Shown: one piece after another, positions 12,916 through 30,618 of the stretch
Numbering within the stretch: the first letter of the stretch is position 1
Layout of the letters: the number at the start of each line of letters is the position of its first letter
Assembly: GCF_009914755.1 (NCBI RefSeq)
Contig: NC_060933.1
Origin: the human T2T-CHM13v2.0 reference genome, Homo sapiens
Length of the DNA: 64,000 nucleotides
Strand: one strand, 5' to 3'
Translations under genes and position numbers: made by a program
The notes under the pieces: generated by a model
What the model was told of the DNA's origin: nothing
Databases searched by the model: none
What the model saw: only the letters and a program-made list of their open reading frames with translations

Positions 12916-13076
12916 AAAAATGTGAGTTTAGAAATAGGATCTTAGATCAATTGAGTCGGGGTGGAGATGATAATAGTTTTCTTTCTAAACAAGTATCTTT
13001 TACTTTCTTTAAGAATTGTTGGTCATAATATGATTACATTGCTAATTTATGAAATAAAAAGTAAGGAGAACCTCTA

Positions 13077-13404
<328 letters not shown>

Positions 13405-13619
13405 TGATATGAACAATATTGTGAATGTAAGCACAGTGCACATGAGGCAAATTTGTAATTCTGTGCTTGAGTTTTACAAGTGAAATAAGTTTATTTTTTA
13501 AACTCCAAGTAGTGGCAGATGAGTGTTAATTTACCTACAACTTTTCAGGAAAATATCAATTGCATACATTAAGCTATTTTGCTGTTATTTTTTTTTTTTG
13601 CTTTGTGCCTTTTGTTTTT

Positions 13620-13944
<325 letters not shown>

Positions 13945-14154
13945 TGATGAGACCAAAAAGAAGATATAATAAAATTAATTGCCAAAAATTTAGAAAATGG
14001 AATAGGGTAGTTATTCTACTACCCTAATATAATCAATAACTATTGTACTGCCTACCACTCTTTTTTCTCCTGTTTGCTACAGGGGTGCAATCCATTTACC
14101 TAGATTCTGTTTCCTAATTAGCCTCATAGAATGTTTCAAAAATCGTGACCCATA

Positions 14155-14322
14155 TAGCTTAATGAGTACAGAGTTTCTGTCTAAGGGGTGATGAAAAAAT
14201 CTTCAAAATAGTGGTAATGGTTACACAACATTGTGAATATAATTAATGCCACTGCATTGTACACTTAAAATGGTTAAAATGGCAAAATTTAAGTTATATA
14301 TTGCACGACAATAAAAGAAAGT
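14155..14322 (+). mobile_element. L1MB-type 3' end
   Basis: gtacagagtttctgt...gatgaaaaa...tgtacacttaaaatggttaaaatgg. Confidence 0.75.
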
Positions 14323-14475
14323 GTATCAAAATTATGCCCCTGCATTTAAAAAAAAATTTTTTTTTGGTAGGGGGAAGTAAAGGATTGACAGATTTCAGAG
14401 TCTGTGGTGCTAGGAGAAAATTTTAGGGTGGAGTTATTCTCCATGGGGCTCAAAACCCAAAACTTTTCAATACTA

Positions 14476-14913
<438 letters not shown>

Positions 14914-15345
14914 TCATGTTTCGGAGGTCATGTTTCAGGGTGCGGTATTTGGAGCCCTCCCGGAAACACAAAAGCCTCCCTGGTGACATTCTTAGCCCCT
15001 AGGAAGGGCAGTAATGACAGCCCACAACTGACAAGTACTGATGAATAGTTCTTGAAGGCAAACCCTGCCCTCAGGGAGCTCTGCCATAGCTTGGCATGTC
15101 TTCTAGAACTACGTGCAAGGGGTCGCAGAGCAGCTAATTCTGCCGCGGTATGGGCAGTCACCAGGAAACTTCAAGGGGGAGCAGGTTTAACCTGAATCCT
15201 TGCTGAAAATAGATGAATTTGCCTGGGAGTGAGAGAGGAAAGGGCATGCCTATGTGGAGGTACCAGCAAGGGGACAGATACAGGAAAAGGGTGCCAGGCC
15301 CCTTAATTCCAGGTTTAGGAGTTTCTTTTAAAAAAAAAGTTCAGT

Positions 15346-15746
15346 CTCAAAAAACTAAAAATAGAAGTACCATATGACCTAGCAATCCCACTTCTGGGTA
15401 TAGATCCAAAGGAAATGAGATCAGTATGTTGGAGAGAGGGACTGGCTGGAGGGGAGGGGGATTGGGGAGATATTGGTCAATGGATATAAAATTTCAATTA
15501 TGCAGCAGGACTAAATTCAAGAGCTCTATTGTACAACATGGTGACTATAGTTAATAATGATGTATTATATATTGTACTTGAAAGTTGCTAAGAGGGTAGA
15601 TTTTAAGTGTTCTCCTCACACATATGTGAGGTAACATATAGTAATTAGCTTGATTTAGTCATTCCACAAAGCATATGTATTTCAAAATATCAAGTTGCAT
15701 ACCATAAATGTATACACTTCTTTTTTCTTAATCAGAATAAATAAAT
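15346..15746 (+). mobile_element. L1MA-type fragment (internally deleted)
   Basis: aaaatagaagtaccatatgacctagcaatcccacttctgggtat joined to L1 3' UTR gtacaacatggtgactatagttaataa. Confidence 0.8.
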
Positions 15747-16052
15747 AGTCCGAGGGACATTTATTGAGGGCCTAGTTGTTGGGCAGCATCTTAGGCTTCT
15801 TTTGGTTTCTAAATGGTGCCCTAGTCAGGGCTTGGTGAGTTTCAGATCCCCAGAAAAAGTCTGTTCTTAGCTTTGATGGGGGAAGGAAGACCCAGAGCAA
15901 ACCACAGTGGCACTGCTGATCTAGAGCACCCTTTAGGGTGGCTGGGGGTCAGATTACAGACTGGACCACACTCCTAACTTTCTTTACCCCTGAGACCTCT
16001 GGAGTCCTAGATGTGGACGTGGTGTTTATGGTGCATTCATGTTTCTGAACTC

Positions 16053-16355
16053 TTTTTTTTTTTTTTTTTTTTTTTGAGATGGAGTCTCACTATCATCCAA
16101 CCTGGAGTGCAGTGGTACGATCTTGGCTCACTGCAACCTCTGCCTCCCGGGTTCAAGCGATTCTCCTGCCTCAGCCTCCTGAGTAGCTGGGATTACAGGC
16201 ACCTGCCACCATCCCTGGCTAATTTTTGTATTTTTAGTAGAGTCAGGGTTTCACAATGTTGGCAAGGCTAGTCTCAAACTCCCGCCCTCAAATGATCCAC
16301 CTGCCCCAGCCTCCCAAAGTGCTGGGATTACAGGCGTGAGCCACCATGCCTGGCC
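16053..16355 (-). mobile_element. Alu (AluS-like)
   Basis: Antisense dimer with poly-T. Confidence 0.92.
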
Positions 16356-16561
16356 TATGCTCCTGAATTCTTAAATACTCCAAATGATGCGATCCAGGCT
16401 TACAAGAGAGGAAGGAGAGTTAGATCTATGAATCTAATTAGGCTAAATGTTTTAAACAGCTCTTCTCTCAGGATATTGTTTTTGTTCATATCCCAATTCT
16501 GAAATTCATTAGCCTTATAGAAATTTATTAAGCCTGAATTACAGAGTGAAATCAAGAAGCA

Positions 16562-16903
16562 TTTTTTTTTCCTTTTTTCTTTTCTTTCTTTCTTCTTTTT
16601 TTTTTTTTTTTTTTTTTTTTGAGACGGAGTCTTGCTCTGTCACCCAGGCTGGAGTACAGTGGCAAGATTACGGCTCACTGCAGTCTCAATGGCTCAGGCT
16701 CCAGTGATCCTCTGACCTCAGCCTCGTGAATAGCTGGGGTCACAGGCATGCACCACCAAACCCGGGTATTTCTTTTAATTATTTGTAGAGATGGGGTCTC
16801 ATTACGTTGCCTAGGCTGGTCTTGAGCTCCTGGCCTGAAGTAATCCTCCTGCTTTGGCCTCCCAAAGTGCTGGAAATATAGGCATAAGCCACTACACCTG
16901 GCC
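16562..16903 (-). mobile_element. Alu (AluJ-like)
   Basis: Antisense dimer with long T tail. Confidence 0.9.
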
Positions 16904-17799
16904 TCAAGAAGTAATTTTTAAATAATATTTTTCATAAGAAGTTGAGCCATGTTACTGAAATGATGACATGCTGAATGGTGCATTGCAGCATTGCATAGTG
17001 AAATTGAGGGGACTTGACTAAGTTGGGAGCTGGCAAACCCCTTGCCACCACCACAGCCTTTGCAGATAAAGTCTTTGCCTTGCTTTCCCATCCCCTAACG
17101 GCAAAATGAATTGCTAAGATGAGAAAAAGGAATTTTGCACCATCTGCACCAATTCTGAGGTTTTGCAAGTGATCACCAATGTGGAGAGTATGGTTCAGGG
17201 CTACATGTTTATTTTTATTTTTATTTTTATTTTTATTTTGCATCCAGCGTGCTCAGAAAAACTAAAGGAAAAAAAATGGAAGGATGAACATTTTAAAATA
17301 CAACAAAGCTGCATCATCCTCCAGTCAACGTTTTGGTTCCAGCTGCCTTCTAGCATTGCACAGCTTGAGATGTTTGTTGCTTGTGTTCCTGCAGCATTGA
17401 AGCCCCCACTCCCACACCCAGCCCCTGTCATTTCCTGTTTTCAGATCCCCACCTTCTGCCCTGCATGTTGGGGAGGGGTCCATGGCCAGAACGGAATGGC
17501 AGCTCTCTGCTATTGTAGGATCCCTGCTGTTGTGCTCGAACCTGTATATAAGACAAACAGTCATTCTTGGGAGTGGCCAGACATTATCTAGAGAATTCCA
17601 ACCACTCAGCTGAAGAGAAAGTCACTCACCTGGAGTATTTAGAGAACTCCAGGCATCTTTAAGCAGGTACAGGTGGGAGACACAGCCCTTGAAGATTACC
17701 ATCCGAGATACAGCTAAGAGCTCAAAGTGAATTCTTAGATTCAGTGAGCCATGACACATCATGTGTTTTGGAAGAGCAAAAAGGATGTCAAGATGTGCT

Positions 17800-18030
17800 T
17801 CTTTATAGTGGGCTTTGGAGAGCTGGACAGGCCAGGGCTTGGCTCTCAACTGTGCCCCTCCTTGTTTTGTGTCTTTGGGCAAATTACTTAAGCTCTGAGC
17901 TTCAATGTGTTCATCCACAAAATACGGATTAGCCCTATTTCACAGAGTTGCCATGAGGATTTATTGAGATAATGTATGTAAATGTCTACACATTGTAGGT
18001 ATTCAATTAATAATTGTTACCATCATCATC
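17800..18030 (+). mobile_element. MIR
   Basis: tgggcaaattacttaagctctgagcttc...atgaggatt...aatgtatgtaaa. Confidence 0.65.
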
Positions 18031-18214
18031 CATATCATCTATATTTCCTGTCAAGGAAACTGGCATACCAGCTAAGCCAGCAAGCACATGCAAATAGTTC
18101 TAGGACCCATTTAGAGTATATGATAAAGTAGAAAAAGAATCTTGAAGCCGGTCTTCCTTGTTAAGTTTCTAGTCGAGATTGTCCCAGTTTCCACCTTTGT
18201 ATCTACAAGAGGCA

Positions 18215-19411
<1,197 letters not shown>

Positions 19412-19546
19412 TAATTAGCCTGTGGCCAGAGTAGAGGGCAACAGTGAACTACCTGGCATTGAAGTCCTACCATGTTCCCATTGTGGGGCCAGCTGCCTTC
19501 ACATTCTGTCCTCTTGGAAATCCTCATAACAGCCTCAGAAGGTAGG

Positions 19547-19997
19547 TGTATTGATTTCCTAGGGCAGCTATAACAAATTCTCACAAATTACGTGGTTGAA
19601 AACAATAGCAATTTGTTCTCTCACAGTTCAGGAGTCCTGAAGTCTGAAATTACAGATGGCAGGGTTGGTTCCTTCTGGAGGCTTTGAGGGAGAATCCGTT
19701 CCATGCCTTTCTCCTAGCTTCTCGTGGTTGCTAGCAATGTGTAACATTTCTTGACTTGTAAATGAATCATTCCAAATTCTGCCTCCAGATTCACATGGAG
19801 TTTCCTCTGTGTGTATATCTGCATGCCCTCTCTTTCCCTTATAAAGACACCAGTCACTGGATTTGGGGCCCACTCTCACCCAGTATGATCTCATCTTAAC
19901 AAATTATATCCGCAAAGATCCTATTTCCAAGTGTTACATTCTGAGGTTCCGGGTGGACATGAATTTTGGGGCGGGGCACTATTTGACTCACTTCAGT
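19547..19997 (-). mobile_element. MLT1 (B/C-like) MaLR solo LTR
   Basis: tgtattgatttcctagggcagctataacaaa...ctcacagttc...tataaagacaccagtcactggattt...tgaattttgggg. Confidence 0.8.
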
Positions 19998-21862
19998 ACT
20001 TATTATACCCATTTAACAGATGATGACCCAGAGTCTCAGGGAGGAGAAAATCCCTTGCATAAGCATCACACAATCAGTTTATGATACCCAAGGATTCACA
20101 AACCCTGACCTGCTTTTCTCTAGATTTGTGTACTTCCCACCGTATCACTTTACCACATATAAACAAACGTAGAACAAAGAGTCTAAAACCTATGGCAGCA
20201 AAACGGTCAACAGCAGGCAGCCCTGGGATCAAAGAGGGTCTCTGGAGGGTAAACAGGATGAAGCAGAGGCTTTGCAAGCAAATGGCGATCCCTTCCTTGT
20301 TTCTGGTTCTCAGACTTCATCCTGTTTCCATAATCAGTATTACTTATTGGCTCTCAACCATCCGGCTGTGCTCCTGGGATTCCACAGTCGGGCAGAGAGA
20401 TTCTTCATAAATGAGAGAAGGTAGTAGTCGGTTTCGTTTGCATTAAGAGAAGGAGCACATTTCTTTGCACAAAGTAAAATACCCTCCCACGACTCCCCAC
20501 TGCTCCCCGTATCCCTGCTGGCTTATGCTTATCATGCATCCCAGTGGTGAATGGAGAAATTCCATGCTTTCCTTCTCCTGCAGAGGTTCCTTCCTGGCAT
20601 TCAGAGCCGTAAAAGCAGTGGACGGAAACAGCTGACCAGCCCTCAGCTGCTCCCAGAGTCTGGCTGCCTAAACTTTTCCCAGAGGATGGTCCAGCAGTGC
20701 TGGTCCAGGGTGGGCTTGGGAGAGCAGAGCTATAGGCAAGAGAGGTGTGAATCCATGTGGTCCCCCTGGTTCTGGGTAAAGGCCAGGGCTGGGGCAGAAT
20801 CACAGTCAGAACCAGGGTCAGGTCGTCAGTGTCAAGGGCAAATATCTTTTTCTTTAAACCACAAGTGCACCTCTGGTACCATGCTCAGAATCCCTTGTAG
20901 AGAGTGGCATCCGTTTGCTGCATGAGATGGGAGAAAAATTAGCGGCCCTGGCTCGAGTCTTCATTGCCCCTTGGCTGCCTGCCGTGTCCTATTTCTCATC
21001 AGGCCAGTGTCCCCAGTGCCTGTCCTGATCCAGAATTACCACTTAACCCTAGTGGAGCAGGACTCTCAGACTGACCATCTGGACTTTCCTCGAGTTCTCT
21101 TTTCCTGCCAGAGTGTGTCAGAGTGAATTGGATTAGAGTTCTGTTTGCTGCACAGCCTGGCTTCACATGAGGCTTTGTGCTTTTGAAGAAACTTGAGACA
21201 AGACTATTCATGAGTTCCCAGAGTGGGTGGCAATTCACAGTGATGCTGATATCCACGATCGTGGGGTGGTTCTGTGCAGGGATCTCTAAACCTTTTAGAA
21301 CCTTCCACCAGTTTCCCTGCAATCAATAGGTAGCTGATTCCATCAGATCAAACCATTTTCCTGTTGGAAAGTGGTAGGTCCTTTTGTTAAGTGTTCTTAG
21401 AACTCACCAATGATTTCATCGAAAAAGCATCTCTGATGGTTTTTCTTTCTCCTCTGGCATTGTGAACATTGTCTTGGAGAAGTGAAGGTTTGCCATGTAA
21501 CACCTGCCTTTGAGCAGGGAAGAACATGGTGGGTAAATCTACGAGAGAGACCTGTTCTGTTCCCTGGACTCAGCTCCCATAGAGTCCACCACTGACCTTA
21601 GACCCTCAGGCTCCACCGGATGGATAGGAATTGAGTAACAGAAGGGTAGGAATCCCATACATAATCAGTATGGAATTTGGGATTGCCTAAGTGCAGAGTT
21701 ACATTCTGTTCCAAGCCCCAGCATTCACTTTAAACATTAATAAGAGATATGGTGCTTTTTGCCTATGGAAGACTAGATTGAACAAACCCAAAATATTATT
21801 TTTAAAACTACTCAAAATTTTAAAATACTAAAAGAAAAAATGGGACTCAAATTTAATGAGCC

Positions 21863-21933
21863 CGTGTGTGCGTGTGTGTGTGCGTGTGTGTGTGTGCATG
21901 TGTGTGCGTGTGCGTGTGCGCGTGCACGCGCAC
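21863..21933. repeat. (TG/CG)n alternating purine-pyrimidine tract
   Basis: Direct reading. Confidence 0.9.
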
Positions 21934-22575
21934 CTTGTAGGTAGGTGAGGAGATTACTAGATTGACTCTCCTGTACATTTAAGTTAAATGGAACAAAAAA
22001 AAATGACTGTTGCTTAGAATAATGGATAAGCCGGCCTCCTATTTTTTGTTCTCTACTTGACTGATCAGTCCTTGGGAAATTCTTCAATGGGATTTTCCTA
22101 TGACATATTCTGTCTGTGACATAGTTCATGAAATTCTACGACATTTGATTCCCAAGGGGGAATCTGGTTACTCACAGCGTGTTTCACAACTTTTCTGGGA
22201 ACAGGCAGCTCTTGGAAGGAAAATGTCTATGTATAGCAGTGAGCCAATAACTCATCTTCAGTGAAAACGGAAGGTGATATTGTCATACAGCTGTGTAGAG
22301 TGAGAGTACTCCTAAACAGATAATAAATTACAGCCAGAAAGCAAAACCTCCTCAAGAGATGGCCAAGTTTTGGTACACATTTGTTCACTGTGGCTCTATG
22401 AAAGACCTCACTTTTTAATATGTGGATGGAAAATGGAGATCAGAGGTGCTGTAAAACCTAACAAGTAGATGAGCCCTGGCCGTTTAAAAGTCTAAATGTA
22501 TTTAAAGCTTGAATTTGTAACTTTTTAATTTATGTATGATACTCTCAATCCTTGCTTTTCCAATTACAATACTAA

Positions 22576-22952
<377 letters not shown>

Positions 22953-23034
22953 TAAAAACCATGGACTCCACTTCAGCTTTTCATCACACCTTTAGCACTG
23001 AGTTTCCCCATTCCTATTCTCCAGGGTTAACCAC

Positions 23035-23354
23035 TGTCTTTGTCTAATTTCTGCTGCTGAAAGAGTATACCTGAGTCTGAGTAATTTATAAAGAATAGAG
23101 ATTTGGTTCTTACATTTCTGGAGGCTGTCTCATCCCATAGAAGAAGGTCAGTGGGCAAAAGAGCATACAACCTGTGAGAGACAAGAGAGAGCCAGTCTTA
23201 CTTTGATAATGAATCCATTCCTGGGTTGACCATTCGTGAGGTCAGAGCCCTCATGACCTTATCGCCTCTTCAAGGTCCCATCTCTCAACACTGTTGTATT
23301 TGGGATTAAGTTTCCAACACATGAATTTTTGGGAGACACATTGAAACCACAGCA
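23035..23354 (-). mobile_element. MaLR LTR (MSTC/MSTD/MLT1A-like)
   Basis: gtaatttataaagaatagagattt...agagccctcatgacct...attaagtttccaacacatgaatttttggg...aaccacagca. Confidence 0.75.
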
Positions 23355-23367
23355 GCCACAGATAAGC

Positions 23368-23472
23368 TATATATATATAGAGAGAGAGAGAGAGAACTAT
23401 AGAGAGAGGGCAAACTATGTATATAGAATAAAGTGTGTATATATAGTGTAAGATACATATATATATATGTCG

Positions 23473-23515
<43 letters not shown>
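23368..23515. repeat. (TA)n(GA)n and (TG)n microsatellites
   Basis: Direct reading. Confidence 0.9.
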
Positions 23516-23516
<1 letters not shown>

Positions 23517-23649
23517 AGTTCTACTTCCAAGAATTTCTACTACAGCCATGGAGGCACATGTAGAAAATGATCTATATTCAAGGATCTCCAATGCCACAAT
23601 GTTTGCAACAGTAAAAGACTAGAAATAACCTAAATTAATAGGGAACTGA

Positions 23650-24051
<402 letters not shown>

Positions 24052-24566
24052 TTCTTGACTTGTAGAGAGTGAATTTATCTCCTCCAGGTGCCTAATCACC
24101 CATCAGGAGTGCCATATTTCCTTTTAGTGCTTTCCCACCTGTCTCTCTGTATTTTTTAAATGCTTACTTCCTTTTTTCAGAAGTTAATATATGCACATAT
24201 TCTAACATTGGAAAGGTGTAGAAAAGAACACAGTGAATAGAAGCTTACCTACACCTGATGTCCAGTGACTCCCTTCCCCATTCCAGAGAAAATCTCTGTG
24301 ATCGGTTTCTTATGTGTCCTTCCAGGGATAGCTTATGAATATGCAAATATAGATACACACATACCTACATATATACAAATAAAAATATGTACATATAAGA
24401 TTATTCATATTCATGTTTGTTAACATCAAAGGTAACGTGCTCTTTATAAAATGTTCCATAGCATTTATTAGTAGATTTTGAAGATTGCTACATATAAATT
24501 ATCATAGAGCTGGGAGTTCTTCTGTTCTTTTAAAGTTGTATGATATTCCATTTAATGAAAACATCA

Positions 24567-24890
<324 letters not shown>

Positions 24891-26015
24891 CTATTAATTT
24901 AGGTTATTTCTAGTCTTTTATTATTGCAAAGATTGCGGCATTGGAGATCCTTGTGTATAGATCATTTTCTACGTGTGCTTCTATGGTTGTAGTATAAATT
25001 CTTGGAAGTATAACCACTGGGTCAAAAGCATTGTGTATTTTAAAGTGGGGTCCACATTGCCAAATTGCCATCCAACTTTATGGAGTTGGATGAGGGTACC
25101 TCTCTCATTACATGCTGATAACTAATATATAGGTGGAAAACTTGTAGTTTTTGTGTTTCTTTTTTATAAATGGGATTGAGAGTCATTCTGTATGTCTAAG
25201 AATAGTTTATATTTCTTTTTGTGAACCGTCTATCCATATCTTTTGTCTAGTTTTATGTTTGGGTTGTTGACCTTTTTTATCGATTGCAAGGGTCCTTTAT
25301 ATTTTAACACCATCAAGCCATTATAATAACGTGAGTTGTGAATATTTTCCTAGTTTATTTCTATTTGAGCCACCATTGGTTGAATCATTTTACCGTATGG
25401 CAAGCCCTGTGGTGAGCATGTCATGTTTTACAACTGCTCCCTAAGTTAGCAGTGGTATTATGCCATTTTACAGAGAAGGGCCCCAGGTCTGTCGGATGCC
25501 AAAGTTGATTCTTAACTTGAACTCTACACCCCTTTTGCACATACCTATTTATATAGCATCATTTCAGGTTGTCATGCAATTATGATAAATATCCTTTTCA
25601 CAGGTTGCATAGCATTCTATTAGTTATACAAATCAAAATTTTCAGATGCTGATACTTAGACTACACATTTTCATCACCTATAGGTTTTCACTGTTATAAA
25701 TAAGATTGTGATACATTTCTTCTAAAACTCTGTCCTCCCCAATGCAACAAGATGGTGCCATTGCTCCTGCAGGAGATGAGATACCATGCCTGAGGCAGAC
25801 AGCAGAGTCATCTTTTGAGTCTAAGATCCTTGACAAGGGAACTCAACAGATTCGGGGTAGAAATGGGGTGCATGTCAGGGGATGGGGACATTTTATTGGC
25901 CTGCTAGACTTCTCAGTGCCTTTCCCTTAAATGTCACCAGTAGCTTCACCTGGTTCTGGAATGAAATACAACACACATTAGGGCTTCAGACCCTCTTCTC
26001 TCTGAAAGCCTGCCC

Positions 26016-26348
<333 letters not shown>

Positions 26349-27587
26349 TAGGAAACACTGAAAGACTGCAGGATGCAGTGGGGAGGGCGAAGGCCGGGAG
26401 TTGACAACTATTTTTTTTTTTATAAAATAGTATTTCAAATAATATTTCTAACAGGAATAAATGAGATCATAGTGCATGACATAGCTGAGGGGTCCATATG
26501 TTTGTATGTTCTTGTGGATTCTTCTCAACCCTCTGCTCTGTAGCTTTCTATGCCCTGAGCACCAGAGAAGCATTACCAGGTCTGGGTGTTCTTTAAGCCT
26601 TTCTAAAGAGAGTTGCTGTTTCTGTTTGCCTTTTCTCATCATTTTCCCCTTAATAAATTAAGGGCTAAGTGTGTCTTAGTTTCCCACACTTTACTCCAAT
26701 CAGGGATTCCTTTGGGTAAACAAACTCCTGTCTTAAATTGTAAGTATTCCCATCTGATTCACATGTAAGGGCAAATTGTTTTAAAGACCTGGCTCCATGC
26801 TGAGATGTAGGGTCTTTTGGTGACGGGGCTTGGAGGAGGAACCTACCTGAAAGGTAAGGAGGGAGAGGACAAGACTGGGCATGTGAGGAGGAAGGGCGGT
26901 TGTGAGGCCCAGGCTTCCTTCTCTGTGTGCCTTGAATTGGGCCTTGGAGCAGCTTGAAAAGCTGCCCCAGCTTCGCTAAGCACCAGGAAGCAGGGAGGGG
27001 AACCTTCCTAGTGCCACCCTTTCCCCTGCACCTGCTACTTTGCAATTCCAGGCAATGGGCTGGCTCTTAACTGTGTTTGAAGCCAGCCTCTCTACCCTGA
27101 GGACCTCATTCCTTCCTGACCCCTTCAAACCTGTTTTTGGAACTTTCTGTCACACTAAGGTGACTGGTGACTGTCACAAATGGGAAAGTTACATTTAGCA
27201 GAATAAAATCCTTCCGTTAAAGAGATAAAGTTCTGACAAGGGGATTGTCTACAAGCTGCGCCTCCTTCTAGGAACTCTTAAAATCCCTCTCAGCAAAAGT
27301 ATCACCTGGTTTCCAAGGCAGCCGCTGCTCCTATCCTCTCACAGGCTTTCTTGAGACTCTGCCCACTCAAAATGAGTTCACCTTTGCCCAAAGTTCATGC
27401 TAAAAGCACAGAACTTACAGAGATTAGGAGAAGTGAATTGTGAGGGTTTATGTACCTGGGATCTCATTTTACCGACCAGAAAACTAAGACCTAGAAGAGA
27501 AATGAGGCCTTCCCAAAGCTCCTAGCAGCTGGCCTACGCTTTCAAAGTCGTCTCTTGCTGCCTTACATTACAGACACTTCTTAAGGT

Positions 27588-27835
27588 TTTTTCTTTTTTG
27601 ATCATGGCTCACTGTAGCCTTGACCTCCCAGGCTCAAGTTCCTCCTGCCTCAGCCTCCCAAGTAGCTGTACTATAGGTGCATGCCACCGAACCTGGCTAC
27701 TTTTCGAATTTTGTAGAGACAAGGTCTCACTACGTTGCCCAGGCTGGTCTCAAACTCCTGGACCCAAGTGATCGATTCTCCCGCTTCAGCCTCCCAGCAC
27801 TGGGATTTCACAGGTGTGAGCCACTGGTCCTGGCC
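27588..27835 (-). mobile_element. Alu (AluJ-like, partial)
   Basis: Degenerate antisense Alu. Confidence 0.8.
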
Positions 27836-28689
27836 TTCAGATTTTTTTCTTTTATTTGCATTAGCCCAAACGCTTCTTGGGTCTGCTCCTTCCTGAGCTG
27901 CCTGGTGCGGCTTCTATGAGCACTGCTGCATTTTGGGGATTCATGGCTTCTAGCCAGAGCTCTGTTCCTAACCAGCGGGATGACCCTAGGGGGTAGGTGG
28001 CTGCCATTGGCTGGGGTCTGCCCCTCTGCAGAGTGCATGATAATCCCCACTTTGCCATTAATGGGAGGATTAAATAGAAGGTATAGAAGGGTATGTGGCA
28101 CAGACAAGGCACACAGTAGGAGCACCATAGATATTGGCTGCGTGATGATCATAATGGTATCAATTGTCTTTAAACCCCAGTGGCTAGACTTTCATAAATT
28201 GAAGTTTACTTCCCAGTCAACCAGGACCAAGTTTCAAAATGGCTTCTTTTCCCCCAGGGCAAGGCACCCTCAGAAACTAACGAAATCAGGTTACGGCAAA
28301 ACAGTGCAAATTTATTTTCAGAAAACCCACCCCAAGCTCAGAGTCTACACTTAAAGGGTGTAGAGGTGTGAGCTGCAGCTAGACGTTACCTGCTGGATTC
28401 TACTCTGGTCATTTCTCTCCAGAGACTCCACTGTCATCAAGTGTGGGATGGCTCTGTTTATGCTTTTGCAGCCTCAGCCTAGCTTGCTGGTTTTTCATGT
28501 CTCCCTCTGCCTCTGAGTATAATCCACTTTTCTGGAGTACCTAACTGTGACTTTGCCATAGAGTATTTATCTAACCTCAACCCTATTTTTGCAGCTTGGG
28601 TTGAGGGGAGACTCAGGCAACTGTGTGAATGTGTGTGTTTTTGTGTGCATGCACAAATACAAATGCATGGGTGTGTATGTGTGAGTATA

Positions 28690-29085
28690 TAGATTAGTTT
28701 GTTAGGGTTGCCATGACAAGGTATCACACATTGGTGGGGGGAGGCTTAAACAACAGAAATTTATAGTCTTACAGTTGGGAGGCTAGAAGCACAAAATCCT
28801 CAGCAGAGTTGGTTCCTTTGGAGGGCTGTGAGGGAAGGATCTGTTCCAGGCCCCTCTCCTTGGCTTATAAGTAGTTGTGTTCCCTCTATGCACATCTCTG
28901 TGTCTACATTTCCTCTTATTCTAAAGACCCTAGTCATACTGGATTAGGGCCCACCCTGGTGACCTCACTTAAATGTGATTACCTCTGTAAAGACTGATCT
29001 CCAAATAAGGTCACATTCTGAGGTCCTTGGTGTTAGGAGTTCAACATAAGAACTTGTGGAGATGACTCAAGTCAACACACAACAG
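28690..29085 (-). mobile_element. MLT1 (C-like) MaLR LTR
   Basis: ttagtttgttagggttgccatgacaa...ggcttaaacaacagaaatttat...ggattagggcccaccct...ccaaataaggtcacattctgagg. Confidence 0.8.
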
Positions 29086-30552
29086 TGTGCCTGTGTGTGG
29101 GTGGAGCATATGTGTGTTTGTGTGTGTAGTGGACTCTGGCGTCTCTGAGACACCAGGTCATTTGCAAACCTACTCCTTGGAAAATAGTACTTTAAGAGCA
29201 CATACAGTTGTCTCTTGTGAATAGGGCAGATTTAAAACCTTTTTCTAAAACAAATCTTCCCATGGGTGTGGAGGGGCAGGTGTGGTAATGGAGTGGGTCC
29301 CGGGTGCCCCTCTTGCATCGCTGGTCGAGGGCACTTCATAATGGAAAGTCCTTCCCTGGTTCTTCATTCTCAAGCAGAGCAATGCCATTGGCATGTGATT
29401 TCTGCCTCATTTTACTTCAGATGACTAAGTAGCATCTTGAAGTGCCTTTGGCTACACAACAGAACATTCCAATTATTCCACAGGGCAGCATAAATTCGGA
29501 GTTCCCTTGGAGCTCCCTGGTGACTTGATACCACCAAGTCAGTCATTGAGGAACTCCCCAATATTTCTAAATAAATTTGGAAAATGTTTTTAGCATATGG
29601 AAAATGTTGTTTAGATGCTGTAAATAGTTGTAAAGTCTACTTTTAGCCTCCTTTTCAAAAGAGCCTTCCTGGGCTCCATCTACTCTGATTATCCCTTCCT
29701 TGACTCGTGTGCTTGGGAGGGTCCCAGGAGGACTGCTATGCTGGCTGGTGTGCAGACCACAGGTGAACCCTGTTGCATCTTTCAGCTGCTCACCAGGACA
29801 AACTGCTCTAAAACTGACCCCAAATGAGCTGGCCCCACAGAACCATGTGTAGCGTTTGTCATCTTTCCCCCAGTTTACTGTAAATCTCAGTTCTCTTTGA
29901 CCTCTAAAATCTTACTGAAAAAGTGAGTACTTCATGGTACTGAACTGACCTGGAATTCTGACTGACTTTCTAGTTCTGCCCGTAAGTTATGCCCTAAATT
30001 TTCCAGGTCAATGTAGAGTTCCAGGGAACGAGGTGGACGGAATCTGGAGGCAGAGTTGAGCCAGTGGGTGTTATCAGGCAGGGGGCACTGATAAACACGC
30101 CAACTCCCTGTTAGACTTAGTGTAGTGCTGGGGGCCCTATTCTGAGGTGACACTGATGTCTCTGCTCAAGGCAAATGCACATCTGTTTTCTTGATGGCAG
30201 AGGACTGTTGTTAGCCATGGGATGGTGCAGCCACTTCCTCCAGATATTCCTTGAAATTAGAGCACTCATCTCAGACTTCAGATGCATCTGTCCACTTTGG
30301 CATGGACTATAATGTAGCCACTTAAAACATATCTTACAAGGGCCATTAAATAACATAAAAAGTGCTTGTGAAATGATATGAGTAAAAAAAAAGTTGGCAC
30401 AGAATTGCATTTACTGTCTGGTCTCAATGATATTAAATATGTATTTCTGAGAAGATGACAATGGAATGAAATAAAATATTAACTTTTTTTCTGATTGGAG
30501 GGGTAATGAATATTTTTTATTTTCTAAATGTTCTGTGGTGAGCATTTGTTAT

Positions 30553-30618
30553 CACACACAGACACACGCACACATGCACATACCACATGCATGTACACAC
30601 GCACAAGCACACACCACA
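30553..30618. repeat. Imperfect (CA)n
   Basis: Direct reading. Confidence 0.8.
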
